Shown: positions 49,556 to 61,196, counted from the whole stretch's first letter. The stretch is DNA of 63,601 nucleotides, filler included, from Myxococcota bacterium (GCA_023150835.1; 3 parts of 3 records of this genome joined end to end with filler, not necessarily neighbours in it); one strand, 5' to 3'. The notes: generated by a model not told the origin, from the sequence alone. Program-made: numbers and translations.

Positions 49556-49705
49556 CCGCCTTTTCACAACGCGGCTCCCGCAATATCCGCCTCCTCAAAA
49601 CGCGGCTCCCGCAATATCCGCCTCCTCAAAACGCGGCTCCCGCAATATCCGCCTTCTCAAAACGCGGCTCCTATATGACCGATGCCTTTTCACAACGCGG
49701 CTCCC
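49548..49705. repeat. 31-bp tandem repeat, about 4.5 copies; first copy contains the DUF6939 stop codon
   Basis: Unit CGCAATATCCGCCTCCTCAAAACGCGGCTCC. Confidence 0.9.
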
Positions 49706-49767
49706 GAAGCACCCGCCTTCTAACAGCCCCTCCCCGATGCGTCAAGTCACTCCGGTGAACTGTAAGG

Positions 49768-49795
49768 TTGCAACCCGCGCCGAGATCGGTATACT
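49768..49795 (+). promoter_or_regulatory. Putative sigma70 promoter upstream of the AGCS gene
   Basis: TTGCAA-N16-TATACT. Confidence 0.5.
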
Positions 49796-50034
49796 CCCCT
49801 AATTTTGGCTGGCGATATCGCCCGAAACAACCGCCTAACACGAGGGAGGCTTTTTGATGAACGGAGCCCAGCGAGATCACTGGACAACCACGGCTCCGCT
49901 TCCCCGTCAACCCCAAGCACCCCTTCCCACCAAGCCCCATGCCCGATAACATACCCTTCACTTGCGTTATGGCGAAAATCTCCGCACCCAGCGCAACCCG
50001 CTCGGCGCTAAACCACGAAACGACGGACAATTCG

Positions 50035-51834
50035 ATGAAACGAACCTACGCATGGCTCCTTTGTTGGTTGATGCTTTTTCTGCCCTTCGCCGCTTCGGCA
50101 AAGCCGACTCCACCGCCCGTTCCGCCAAGCCAAGGCGCTTCGCGCCCCACCGCACCTCGACAAACGCCTCCATTCCAACGCTTGGCCTCCCCCAACACCC
50201 CAGCCCAAAAAGCCTACACGCAACCCGGCCCTGCACCCCAAGCCGTTTCCCAACAAAACTTTGTGATCGTCGGCTTTGCTCGGATCGTTCAAACCCTCGA
50301 ACTGATCGTCTTTTTCTCGATCTTTGGATTTCCCTTGATCGTTCTCGTACTCGTCAGCGGCGCGCTTTACTTTACCTTCCAATTGCGCTTCATCAACCTC
50401 TTTGGGTTCAAACACGCCATCGACATCGTGCGCGGAAAATATGATAACCCCGAAGACAAGGGCGAGATCTCTCACTTCCAAGCCCTGAACGCCGCACTCA
50501 GCGCAACTGTCGGCCTTGGCAACATCGCAGGCGTCGCACTGGCTGTAGGCATGGGTGGCCCCGGGGCCGTCTTTTGGATGCTGTTTATCGCTTTCTTCGG
50601 GATGACCGCCAAGTTTGTCGAGTGCATGATGGCGCAATCTTATCGGCACATCGATGAAAACGGACACGTTCGCGGCGGCCCGATGTACTACCTCTCCGAA
50701 GGTCTCGAAAAATACGGTTACTCGACCCTTGGAAAATTTCTCAGCGTGTTTTTTGCGATCTGCATCATCGGTGGAGCTTTTGGCGGCGGAAATATGTTCC
50801 AAAGCAACCAATCTTACGAGATCGTCGCCGATCAAATCCCCTTTTTCCAAGGCAGAGCATGGCTGTTTGGACTCGCACTTGCGGGACTTGTCGCGTTGGT
50901 TGTTCTTGGAGGGATCAAGCGCATCGGCGCAGCCGCATCCGCCATCGTCCCGTTTATGGTTGTGCTGTACATCTTCACAAGCCTCTACATCATCTTGGCC
51001 CATGCAGATCGTATCCCCAGCATGATCCGCTTGATTGTCTCTTCTGCTTTCCAAGGCGAAGCCATCTTTGGAGGCTTTTTGGGAGCGATGGTTGCGGGCT
51101 TTCGACGTGCGGCCTTCTCCAACGAAGCCGGCATCGGCTCCGCCGCCATCGCTCACTCCGCCGCCAAAACCGATCAACCCGCACGCGAAGGCTTTGTTGC
51201 TCTCCTTGAACCCTTCATCGACACTGTCGTGATCTGCATGATGACCGCTTGCGTGATCCTGATCACTGCCCCCGAAAACGTCTCTCTCAAAAAGCTCCGT
51301 TCTTCCCAACACAAGGTCTACAACGCCAAGCTGCGACTGGAATCTCTCAAAAAACAAGCTGCAACACTCGCCCCTACCGACAAAACCGCCGCCGCTGCTT
51401 TCCAACAACGCGAACGCATCGCCTTATCCGCCCTCCAAAACGCCGAAGCCGAACACAAACAACACCAAAAAGGAACAGAACTCACCAGCCGCGCTTTTGA
51501 AAGCGTCGTGCCTTGGTTTCCTTACCTGCTCGCGCTCGCGGTGTTTTTGTTCGCTTATTCCACCATGATCTCGTGGAGCTACTACGGCGAGCAAGGATGG
51601 GAATTTTTGTTCGGTGCGCGATCGATCTCGATCTATCGTTTGCTTTTTCTCGGAGCCGTTGTCCTCGGTAGCGTCAGCCGAATCGGCGTTGTCCTCGACT
51701 TCAGCGATATGATGATCCTGCTTTGCGCCTTTCCCAATATGATCGGGCTTTTTCTGATGCGAAAAGAGGTCAAAGCCAAGGTGGACGACTACTGGAAAAA
51801 ATACAAAAACAACGAATTCAAAACGTTTCGCTAA
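50035..51834 (+). CDS. Alanine/glycine:cation symporter (AGCS family)
   Basis: GEISHFQAL, ATVGLGNIAGVA, GGPGAVFWM, GGPMYY, FSNEAG.GSA.IAH, EPFIDT, WSYYG. Confidence 0.94.
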   Translation: MKRTYAWLLCWLMLFLPFAASAKPTPPPVPPSQGASRPTAPRQTPPFQRLASPNTPAQKAYTQPGPAPQAVSQQNFVIVGFARIVQTLELIVFFSIFGFPLIVLVLVSGALYFTFQLRFINLFGFKHAIDIVRGKYDNPEDKGEISHFQALNAALSATVGLGNIAGVALAVGMGGPGAVFWMLFIAFFGMTAKFVECMMAQSYRHIDENGHVRGGPMYYLSEGLEKYGYSTLGKFLSVFFAICIIGGAFGGGNMFQSNQSYEIVADQIPFFQGRAWLFGLALAGLVALVVLGGIKRIGAAASAIVPFMVVLYIFTSLYIILAHADRIPSMIRLIVSSAFQGEAIFGGFLGAMVAGFRRAAFSNEAGIGSAAIAHSAAKTDQPAREGFVALLEPFIDTVVICMMTACVILITAPENVSLKKLRSSQHKVYNAKLRLESLKKQAATLAPTDKTAAAAFQQRERIALSALQNAEAEHKQHQKGTELTSRAFESVVPWFPYLLALAVFLFAYSTMISWSYYGEQGWEFLFGARSISIYRLLFLGAVVLGSVSRIGVVLDFSDMMILLCAFPNMIGLFLMRKEVKAKVDDYWKKYKNNEFKTFR

Positions 51835-51844
51835 AACAACGCGA

Positions 51845-52174
51845 TCAGATGGCGGTCATCTGCTCGAATCCACCGACAAAACGTTCGGACGGCAACAGAT
51901 GCGGACGCGAGATTGTCGTTGTGACGGACGTTTCGGGCAGCGATCCTTGCGTTTGAAGGGCGCTCACGCGTACATCATCCTCGTGAAAGCGCGAGCGGGT
52001 CGTTTTCGAGGGATCGCAGCCTTCGTCGAAACGTGCGCGGCGTGTTCCACCGTTGGCTTGGACAGGGTCGCCCTGAGACGCTCCAAAACGAGAAGCACCC
52101 CCTTGAAGCTTGCAAAGCATCAATTGTTGTTGGCGTGCGGTGCGTTGGTGTTGGAGAAGTGGCAATTGGTTCAT
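51845..52174 (-). CDS. Hypothetical 109-aa protein
   Basis: Strong AGGAGGT RBS before ATG 52174; converges on the AGCS stop; no recognisable domain. Confidence 0.5.
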   Translation of the reverse strand: MNQLPLLQHQRTARQQQLMLCKLQGGASRFGASQGDPVQANGGTRRARFDEGCDPSKTTRSRFHEDDVRVSALQTQGSLPETSVTTTISRPHLLPSERFVGGFEQMTAI

Positions 52175-52375
52175 GGCGGGACCTCCTATACAAGCCTCGT
52201 GATCAAGCCCAACGAGGACTTTTTTGTGATGAGATAGCAAAATTGTTTTGGATAAGCTGGAACATTTCGCACAAACTCAGCAGGGCAGATCATGCCCACT
52301 CTTTCCTTTGGAAGCATTGCAGCATCAAAAGAACCGCAAGCAACGCACCATAAACGAAGCAGAAAAATGCACGAG

Positions 52376-52434
52376 TGTTTACCCTCGCGATAACACCCTC
52401 ACGCCGTTTACCCTCGCGATAACACCCTCACGCC
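52376..52434. repeat. 29-bp direct repeat, 2 copies
   Basis: GTTTACCCTCGCGATAACACCCTCACGCC twice in a divergent intergenic region. Confidence 0.85.
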
Positions 52435-52535
52435 GGATTGTCGACAGCAAGCAATGAAAGGACGTTGCGCATCGTTGATTCAGGCGAATGCGAAAGGATG
52501 GCCGCTTTTTTAGAACGTTCAAAAAGAGGATCTCC

Positions 52536-52565
52536 TTGACGGTCTGCTGCTTGCGTCTCTATACT
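52536..52565 (+). promoter_or_regulatory. Putative sigma70 promoter
   Basis: TTGACG-N18-TATACT; near-palindrome TTTTTAGAACGTTCAAAAA just upstream. Confidence 0.55.
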
Positions 52566-52742
52566 CACAACCCACAACATAAACCCAAATCATCCACAAA
52601 AGCAAAATGCAACCTTGTTCCTTTTCTTTGATGGGCGGATGAAGCCTAGCTTTCCGCCAACCAAAAAGGCCGATACCTCTCTTCTTTCCTATCACAAACG
52701 CATCACGAAACTTTTTTCTCCACCCATCACCCGAGCGGGATC

Positions 52743-53655
52743 ATGACCCCAAAAACCAAAGAAAACGAAACGCTTTCTCCCCTTTCCACCTCTCTGTCTT
52801 TTGGCTTGATTCAGCCCCTGCAAGCGTGGAAAGACGTGATCCGCAGTCGTGCGTTTTCTTTGCTGTATCGGCTTTTTGTGCGTTTTTTACTGATCTCCAC
52901 CTTTCTTGCGAGCGCCTACTTCATGGGGTGGACAGAACGCGATCAAGAATCCTTGGGCTGGCTGTTGGCGCGCTTGATGATCTTCCCCTTGCTTGGGCTT
53001 GGTTTGTGGCTTTATGCTCGTCAGATCCAGATGCCTCCCCAGCTTTTGCGCTGGATCATGTTGGCTCCTCTTGGGTTTTTTGTGGATACGCTTCGTCACC
53101 TCGCGGTTTGGTGGATCACCTTGATCGCCTTTCTTGCGATCGGTGTAGGCAGTTTGCTGTTTCATGCGCGCTTTGACAAAACACTCCAACGCGCTCAGCG
53201 CTTCCGCCAAACCGCCCTCGATATCACCATCTTGCTGGTGATCCTTTCCCAACTCTTCTTACCCCGAAAGATCTTTGCCGCCCTGATGGCCTTTATACCG
53301 CTCGTTGCGTTGATCGTCTTCTACAACTTCATCCTCGAACGCGATCGCCTCATGCGCGCCAAAGCCCTCGAACTCCGCGATCCACCCCGTTGGTTGCTCC
53401 GCGCCAACCGCCTGATCCCCTCCAGCACCTACCTCTTTTTGCTCCTACCCGCCTTTCTCTTCGCCGAAGCCATCCTCTTCCAAGCCTTTGACCAAACTTT
53501 TCAAAACGAGCGCATCCTCCAAACCAGCCGCACCAAACGACACCGCAATCCCGCTACAGCCTCTTCTGCCTCCTCCCTCCCCCCCAAGCCACACCGCAAA
53601 CCCCCTACAGCCTCTTCTGCACCCTCCGCACCCTCCCTCCCCTCCGCACCCTCCC
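52743..53655 (+). CDS. Hypothetical multi-pass membrane protein; 3' end truncated by gap
   Basis: About 7 hydrophobic segments, then a Pro/Ser repeat linker running into Ns. Confidence 0.75.
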
Positions 53656-53755
53656 NNNNNNNNNNNNNNNNNNNNNNNNNNNNNNNNNNNNNNNNNNNNT
53701 TAATTAATTAANNNNNNNNNNNNNNNNNNNNNNNNNNNNNNNNNNNNNNNNNNNN
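53656..53755. other. Artificial contig linker
   Basis: N44-TTAATTAATTAA-N44. Confidence 0.98.
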
Positions 53756-53889
53756 CGCTTGAGGCTCTTTCCCTTGTCATCCGTAACAATTGTAAAATCA
53801 GTTCGCGTCGAAAACGACCGTCAACATGGCAACACAATACTCCCGATCCTCTTGTTGTTTCCGATGTCATTGCTTAACCTGATGCCAAT

Positions 53890-54044
53890 GGGGCGGTTCG
53901 CGAACCGCCCCTACATCTTGCGGTAACGGAATACACGGATATCGTATGAGTTATCGTAAAGATGTGGGGGCCGCCACAGGAGGCTGCCCGATAATAGGTC
54001 GTCTACGTACTCTCCGTTGTGTGTACATCACTCGGGTATCGTAT
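53890..54044. repeat. REP cluster: GTAG-type hairpin plus a degenerate REP module
   Basis: GGGGCGGTTCGCGAACCGCCCCTAC (same as 40262) and GTGGGGGCCGCCACAGGAGGCTGCCC...CTCGGGTATCGTAT. Confidence 0.75.
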
Positions 54045-55927
54045 TAGCGGCAGCGGCGAACGCATCGATTGCGAGAGGCAGAGGCAGATCGCAGGCACGA
54101 TTTCTTACAGCGTCGGTTTCGTCGGCAAGTTCGACTGCATCGGCGTTTTTGTTTGTGAAAGACCGCACGACAACGGCGTTTACAAACGCCCACGCACCGA
54201 GAGATACAACGTCGTCGCAAACGGCGATTGCGCGAGCGTTTGCACTTGTCCGCACAGGACGGTGCAGGATTCGCTTGGAGGGTGGGGGTAGAAGTGTTTG
54301 TCTGGGGATTTTGTGCGGAAGGATCGGGGCGTTGCGAAGAAGGGATCGGAGGAAGCGCCGTTGTAGGCGCGTGGGAGGGCGGGAGGTCGGGGACGGAGAG
54401 GCCGGGTTCTTTAATGAGAGCCTTTCCAAAGCGCGCCATGCCGGAAAGCTCGTCAGAGGGGGAAGGGACAGAGGGCAACGGAGCGAGGGAGTAAGAAGCA
54501 TCGCAGGACAGGAGACAGCGTTGACGGCGGGACTGTCGGGCTTTTCCGCGATGGCGACGTTTGCAGGCTGAGCGGCACTTTGTTGCGGGGCGTTTGAGTG
54601 TGCGTGAAAGCAAGGCGTATTCGCGGCGAAGAGCTTTGTAAGAAGGATCGATTGCAAGGGCCGTAGCAAGGAGTTTTTTGGCGGAGGCAAAGCGTTTGCG
54701 TTTGCGCAGTCGGGTGAGACTTTTGAGGGTGTTTTGAAAGGCGGCAGTTCGGGTTTGTGTGCGCAATCGAGCCAATTGTCTGTGGACGTGTGTATCGGGC
54801 GGGATGGTCGCGAGTTTATGAAAGACTTCGCTGTAGCGGCTGCCGTTGTAGGCAGAACGCGCAGCGGCAAGCGTGCTTTGGGCCGTGATCTCGCGTTCTG
54901 CGTAGGCTTGGAGGGCTTGGGCGCGTCGTCGGATCGCGGGATCTTCGGTGCTTTGTGCGACAACACGAAAACTGCGCAAGGCGATCTCCCAACGCGCTTG
55001 GCGCGCAGCCTCCACCGCCAACAAATAACGCCGCTGGTGCATCGCTTCGTCTTCTTTTTTTTCTTGTTTGGCGAGCACAGCAGGATCGATGCGTGGGCGC
55101 GGTGGCGGGGGAGCTTCTTTTTGAAGTTCGCGAAAGATCATGACGCTCAAAGCCACGATCGCAAGGGCCAACAGGAACAAGATCGATCCCAAAGCCAAGC
55201 GAAATCCACCTCCCAATCCGACTTCGTCGCCACGCATCTGCACCGCAAGCGATACGTTTCCATCCGAAGAAGCCGACGTTCTGGGCGATTCAGCATCAAA
55301 GGCTGCGCGATGACGTGAATCTTTGAAGGTCGATATCACAGGCTCTTCGGCGACCCTCTGACCTAGCGCATCACCGTAAGCGTGTGTCTCGTGGCGTTTG
55401 GGTGGCCTTGCCCAAGCGTCGGGAAGTTCCATCGCTGACAGATCGGAGACAGCGTTTGGAGGAGGCGGAGCATCGGGCAACGTGGGTTTGTTCGATGCGG
55501 AAGGCGGCCATCCATCGGCATGAGGGGGGGGCGAACGAGTAGGAGCGGGCGAACGAGTAGGAGCGGATCTTGCCCAAGCATCGGCAAGCTGCATCTCTTC
55601 AACAGGTTGTCTTTCTCGATAATCGGTCCGTTGCATCCCGACAGGAGGCTGCGATGCTCCGTCGAGCTTTGTTAAACCAAGGGCGTGTCCAAGCGAACGA
55701 GTCGCAGGGTCAAGCCCCAAGGTTTCTTCGTCCGTCAGTTCGTAAGGCTTTGCAGGTGGCGGTATATCGAGACTTTTGGTCTCGTCCATCTCGGGGAGTT
55801 GGTACGCACGCCCAGCGATCTGTGCGGGAGGAAGAAAAGAAGATGGATCCGCCTTTTTCGCAGAATCGAAGTGCGTGGCGTCGAAGTCTGTGTTTTCGTA
55901 CTGTGGATCTTCGTCGTATTGGGGCAT
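54044..55927 (-). CDS. Hypothetical single-pass membrane protein: acidic/Pro-rich N-terminus, TPR-like helices, Cys/Arg-rich C-terminal modules
   Basis: TM LALGSILFLLALAIVALSVMIF; repeated CxxxC motifs in the tail; co-oriented 4 bp after the Nudix gene. Confidence 0.8.
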   Translation of the reverse strand: MPQYDEDPQYENTDFDATHFDSAKKADPSSFLPPAQIAGRAYQLPEMDETKSLDIPPPAKPYELTDEETLGLDPATRSLGHALGLTKLDGASQPPVGMQRTDYRERQPVEEMQLADAWARSAPTRSPAPTRSPPPHADGWPPSASNKPTLPDAPPPPNAVSDLSAMELPDAWARPPKRHETHAYGDALGQRVAEEPVISTFKDSRHRAAFDAESPRTSASSDGNVSLAVQMRGDEVGLGGGFRLALGSILFLLALAIVALSVMIFRELQKEAPPPPRPRIDPAVLAKQEKKEDEAMHQRRYLLAVEAARQARWEIALRSFRVVAQSTEDPAIRRRAQALQAYAEREITAQSTLAAARSAYNGSRYSEVFHKLATIPPDTHVHRQLARLRTQTRTAAFQNTLKSLTRLRKRKRFASAKKLLATALAIDPSYKALRREYALLSRTLKRPATKCRSACKRRHRGKARQSRRQRCLLSCDASYSLAPLPSVPSPSDELSGMARFGKALIKEPGLSVPDLPPSHAPTTALPPIPSSQRPDPSAQNPQTNTSTPTLQANPAPSCADKCKRSRNRRLRRRCISRCVGVCKRRCRAVFHKQKRRCSRTCRRNRRCKKSCLRSASASRNRCVRRCR

Positions 55928-55931
55928 CGAT

Positions 55932-56711
55932 CTACTCGCTACTCGGGTCCAAAGCGCGGGCAGACCGAGACGGGTGATGTCCGCGTAGGTTCGAGGGGCT
56001 TTGCCAGAAGAGGCGTGCTTGCATCTCTGCCGGAAGTTCTAGGAGTTCGGGCGAAGCAGTCGATCCGACAGGCAGAGAACCAAAGACTTGTTCCAAAAAC
56101 GTTTTTAAGATGCGTGCCGTCGCTCCCCAGATCGCGTGCGTTTCTCGCCAGCGAAAGACATAGACCTCATGTTCGTGTTCGCCTGCTCGCACTCGATGGT
56201 AAAGATGCAAGATACCCGGGGCGATGAGTTCGTGAAGTGGGACGGTGAAGATCTCTTCGATCTCGTCGGGGTTGGGAGCAAACGGATGTTGGGGCTGAAG
56301 AAGCCCAACAAACGGCGAGATCCGATAACCTGCGATGCTAAAGGATTCGGGCAAGCGGCCAAAGATGTGGATCTGTTCGGTGGGAACGCCGATCTCTTCG
56401 TACGTTTCGCGCAAGGCCGCAGCTTCGGGATGCGGGTCTTCGGGATCCAGACGCCCTCCCGGGAAGGAGATCTCGCCTTTGTGCGCAGAAACACGCTGGC
56501 TGCGGCGCGTAAAAAGGATATGCCAACACGCATCAACTTCAAGCAACGGCAACAAGACCGCTGAGGGACGTAAGTGGATCTGCTCCATCAATGGGGCGAG
56601 TTCAGGATCGACGATCGGGCTGTCCTGTAGCTTCGATCGGATCAGTTCGGTCGTGATCTCGGGCAGTCGATCAGCGTTTTTGGAAAAAGCAGGTCGCTCC
56701 TCGCGCATCAT
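55932..56711 (-). CDS. Nudix CoA pyrophosphatase (NudL/PCD1-like)
   Basis: SAVL, LFTRRS..V.AH.GEISFPGG (NuCoA motif), AALRETYEEIG Nudix box, IWGATA; AAGGAG RBS. Confidence 0.93.
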   Translation of the reverse strand: MMREERPAFSKNADRLPEITTELIRSKLQDSPIVDPELAPLMEQIHLRPSAVLLPLLEVDACWHILFTRRSQRVSAHKGEISFPGGRLDPEDPHPEAAALRETYEEIGVPTEQIHIFGRLPESFSIAGYRISPFVGLLQPQHPFAPNPDEIEEIFTVPLHELIAPGILHLYHRVRAGEHEHEVYVFRWRETHAIWGATARILKTFLEQVFGSLPVGSTASPELLELPAEMQARLFWQSPSNLRGHHPSRSARALDPSSE

Positions 56712-56748
56712 CCGCTCCTTTGGCTTCGCTTGATGGTTTGCAAAAAGA

Positions 56749-58698
56749 TCACAGGCAGACCGATTGCCCTTGCACTTCTTCACAAGTCAAGCTGTTCGGG
56801 GAACAAGCCCCGTTTGAGCAAGGCGCAAAACAAGCCTGACCTTGTCCCAAGTTGAGGCACTTCTGACCGCTCGCGCAAGAGGCCCCTGCGGCCTTGTCGC
56901 AGTCGGCATGACAACGCCAGCGGTAGGGCGTAAGAGGATCACCTGCACAGCGAAACGCTTGTTCGCAAGGGAGAGTCTCGTCAAGACAAAGCCCGTCCTG
57001 CGGCTGTTTTTGAGAAGAAACGCAACGCCCCGACTCAGCGAAGAGTTTGCGAACACAACGCGAATCTGCCGAACAAAACGAGCTTTTGGAAAGATCGCAA
57101 GTATTCGCATCTGTTCCTCCGCAAACGTAGGCTGTGACCTCCGCAAACCACACACAAGCGATCGGACCCGAGCAAGGTGCGGGAGCGGTCGGATCACAGG
57201 GCCGAAAACAACGGCCTTGATCACCCGTCGCGATACAATGCAAGCCACGTTGGCAGCGCTCTTTGGCTGGCGCAAGCGGCGAAGGCGTACACACCTCATT
57301 TTGAGGGCGCTCTCCCAGTTGTGTCGGGACAGGCTGGCAGCGATCTGCGCTGCATTGAAGGGGTGTCGGGCAAGGGCCGTTGGCACAACTTGCCGAACAA
57401 AAACGCTGCCCTTGCGATCCAAAAGGCAAACATGCCTGCCCTGCGGAGCAATCGCTTTCTTGTTGACAAGACGAAAGACAAAAGAACGGACCCACGGGCG
57501 TTTCGCCAAGGCATGAAAGCCCCTTGGCACAAAGCGCTCCACCATCACAAGACCCACCCGTCGGAACTTCTTTGCGAAAACAAGCCTTGCGATCCGTTGC
57601 CCACACGTAGCAGATCTCGGTTTGGGCGTTGCATAATTTTTCGTCCGCTTTGCAATCTTTGAGGCAGACTTGGGCTTTGTTTGGCAGAGAAACACATGAC
57701 AGCCCTTGTGCGCAACGCACCGTCGCATCACAAGGTAAATTCTCTTGCACTTCGGGGAGGCAAAGCGAGTACAGCACTTCGCCTCGGCTGTTGCGAAAAG
57801 GAACGCAGGCTTCACCTGTTGCGCAAGGCGTTCCGCCATCGCATCCTTTTCGGCAGCGCTTGTTGAGGTTATCGCCGACGCAGCGAAGCCCCGTTCCACA
57901 CAAACGCGGCCCCGAACACGGTGCGCCCGCACCATCCGACTGGATCACACACGCGTTGACGCTCTGTGCAGGGTCGGAAAGAGGGGTGACTGTTCCACAC
58001 CAGCCTTGTTTTCCTGAGGCCGCACAATCGGCAGCCGCAGCACATCGCCGCAAACAGACGCCTGCGGTGGCGTCAGCAAGGCGCGCACACAGGTGATCTT
58101 TGGGGCAAGCCAAGCCATGACGACAAGGCTCGTTGGCTTCGACGGTGGGCATACAAGCATGGCGGGTAGGCTGGTTGGTTTCAGCATCCAAGACGATCTC
58201 ACAGGCTTGATCTGCTTGGCAGGACGGGGCATTCGGCTCACAAGCCTTTCGACACACCCCCACCGATGGGCGTAGATCATAGACACACACAGCGTCTTTT
58301 TCACAACGATCTTGGGAAAGCGCGGTGCGTGCGGGATCGCAGCTTTGACCGATCTTGCGTTGGCCTTCTTTGGGGGTCGAGCCTTCGGGGGGGATCAGCC
58401 GATCAGGCCGCTCGACCGAAGGTTCCGGCCAGACCTGATCAGGCCACGTCGGAGGTTCGGGCTGTGTACTCTGTTCGCTGCCTTCGGGGATGGCCTCGCT
58501 GTCTTTCTCTACGCTGCCATCGCTGCTTGCGATGCACTTTTGCTCAGCGCAACGCTCGCCCGCTTTACAGTCCGCATCCTGCTGGCAAGTCTGCACCGCA
58601 CGCTCACAACCAAGCAAAGGCATCGCCCAAATCACACAACAAAAGAACAAAAATCCACGCATCCATCGCACTCTTGTAAGGCTGTACTTGTTCTGCAA
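56749..58698 (-). CDS. Cys-rich repeat lipoprotein
   Basis: Lipobox LLGC; many C-x5-C-x4-C disulfide modules typical of myxobacterial surface proteins; start uncertain. Confidence 0.85.
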   Translation of the reverse strand: MQNKYSLTRVRWMRGFLFFCCVIWAMPLLGCERAVQTCQQDADCKAGERCAEQKCIASSDGSVEKDSEAIPEGSEQSTQPEPPTWPDQVWPEPSVERPDRLIPPEGSTPKEGQRKIGQSCDPARTALSQDRCEKDAVCVYDLRPSVGVCRKACEPNAPSCQADQACEIVLDAETNQPTRHACMPTVEANEPCRHGLACPKDHLCARLADATAGVCLRRCAAAADCAASGKQGWCGTVTPLSDPAQSVNACVIQSDGAGAPCSGPRLCGTGLRCVGDNLNKRCRKGCDGGTPCATGEACVPFRNSRGEVLYSLCLPEVQENLPCDATVRCAQGLSCVSLPNKAQVCLKDCKADEKLCNAQTEICYVWATDRKACFRKEVPTGGSCDGGALCAKGLSCLGETPVGPFFCLSSCQQESDCSAGQACLPFGSQGQRFCSASCANGPCPTPLQCSADRCQPVPTQLGERPQNEVCTPSPLAPAKERCQRGLHCIATGDQGRCFRPCDPTAPAPCSGPIACVWFAEVTAYVCGGTDANTCDLSKSSFCSADSRCVRKLFAESGRCVSSQKQPQDGLCLDETLPCEQAFRCAGDPLTPYRWRCHADCDKAAGASCASGQKCLNLGQGQACFAPCSNGACSPNSLTCEEVQGQSVCL

Positions 58699-58759
58699 AG
58701 CATTGCTCCGATCTATCGAATCTTGCGCTTGTATCGCAAGGTGTCATTTCTTTCGGATA

Positions 58760-59272
58760 TCAATCGCGTCCACAGGTATCGGGGATATCGAGAAACTGGA
58801 CACGATCACCGCGTGCGATCTTGTGTGTTTTGCTAAAGAAGGCGTTGACCTCCAACAGATATCGTGCGCTCACCCCCACTCCTCGGGGAGTTTCGTCGAA
58901 GGGTTTGGCATTTTCGACGATCCCGACGATCTCTTTGTTGTGAGAGATGTGGAGCATATCCAGCGGGATCTGGGTATTTTTCATCCAGAAACTCAAGTAT
59001 TCATCGCGTGGAAAGATGAACAACATCCCGCCATACTCCGCAAGCATCTTGCGATACATCAAGCCTTGTTGGCGCGTTGGATCATCACACGCAAGTTCGA
59101 CAAGTACGGTGATCTCTTTTCCTTCGCTGTTGGTGAGCATCACACGCGGCACAGCGTTGGGACGTTGCGGTGTGCAACTTTGGCATTGGGACTGCGTGGC
59201 GGTACAACTCACCAACCCCAACCACAACAACAAACAACACGCGTCTCGCAGATGACGTATTCTCCGCCTCAT
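58760..59272 (-). CDS. DUF192 family protein (probable lipoprotein)
   Basis: VELA....RQQGLMYR, GMLFIF, FWMKNT.IPLDM, LLEVNA; lipobox LVSC. Confidence 0.92.
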   Translation of the reverse strand: MRRRIRHLRDACCLLLWLGLVSCTATQSQCQSCTPQRPNAVPRVMLTNSEGKEITVLVELACDDPTRQQGLMYRKMLAEYGGMLFIFPRDEYLSFWMKNTQIPLDMLHISHNKEIVGIVENAKPFDETPRGVGVSARYLLEVNAFFSKTHKIARGDRVQFLDIPDTCGRD

Positions 59273-59555
59273 CAGCCCTCTCTCATCTCTCATCCATTGT
59301 TTTTGCACAGCACTCCGACCAAAACAACGCGAACCACAAAGAAATTAGGGTATAGCCCAAAGAAAGGTCGGTGCATAGAGTGCGCTGCTTGCAAGGCTGG
59401 CCGCTCTCGCCAAAAGCCGCTTCACACCGAGCAGCGCACGCCCCAAAAATGCAAAGGCGTTGCCATCTTACCGCTTTGCGGCTAGGATAACCAACGATGT
59501 AACAAGGCAGCACCACGCTGCACACAAGGATTTTCACACACAAGGATCTCGCGTT

Positions 59556-61196
<1,641 letters not shown>

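Noticed and set aside
49800-50034. Glycine riboswitch upstream of the AGCS gene
   Set aside because: The GGAGA..CCGAAG..CTCAGG aptamer motifs were not found
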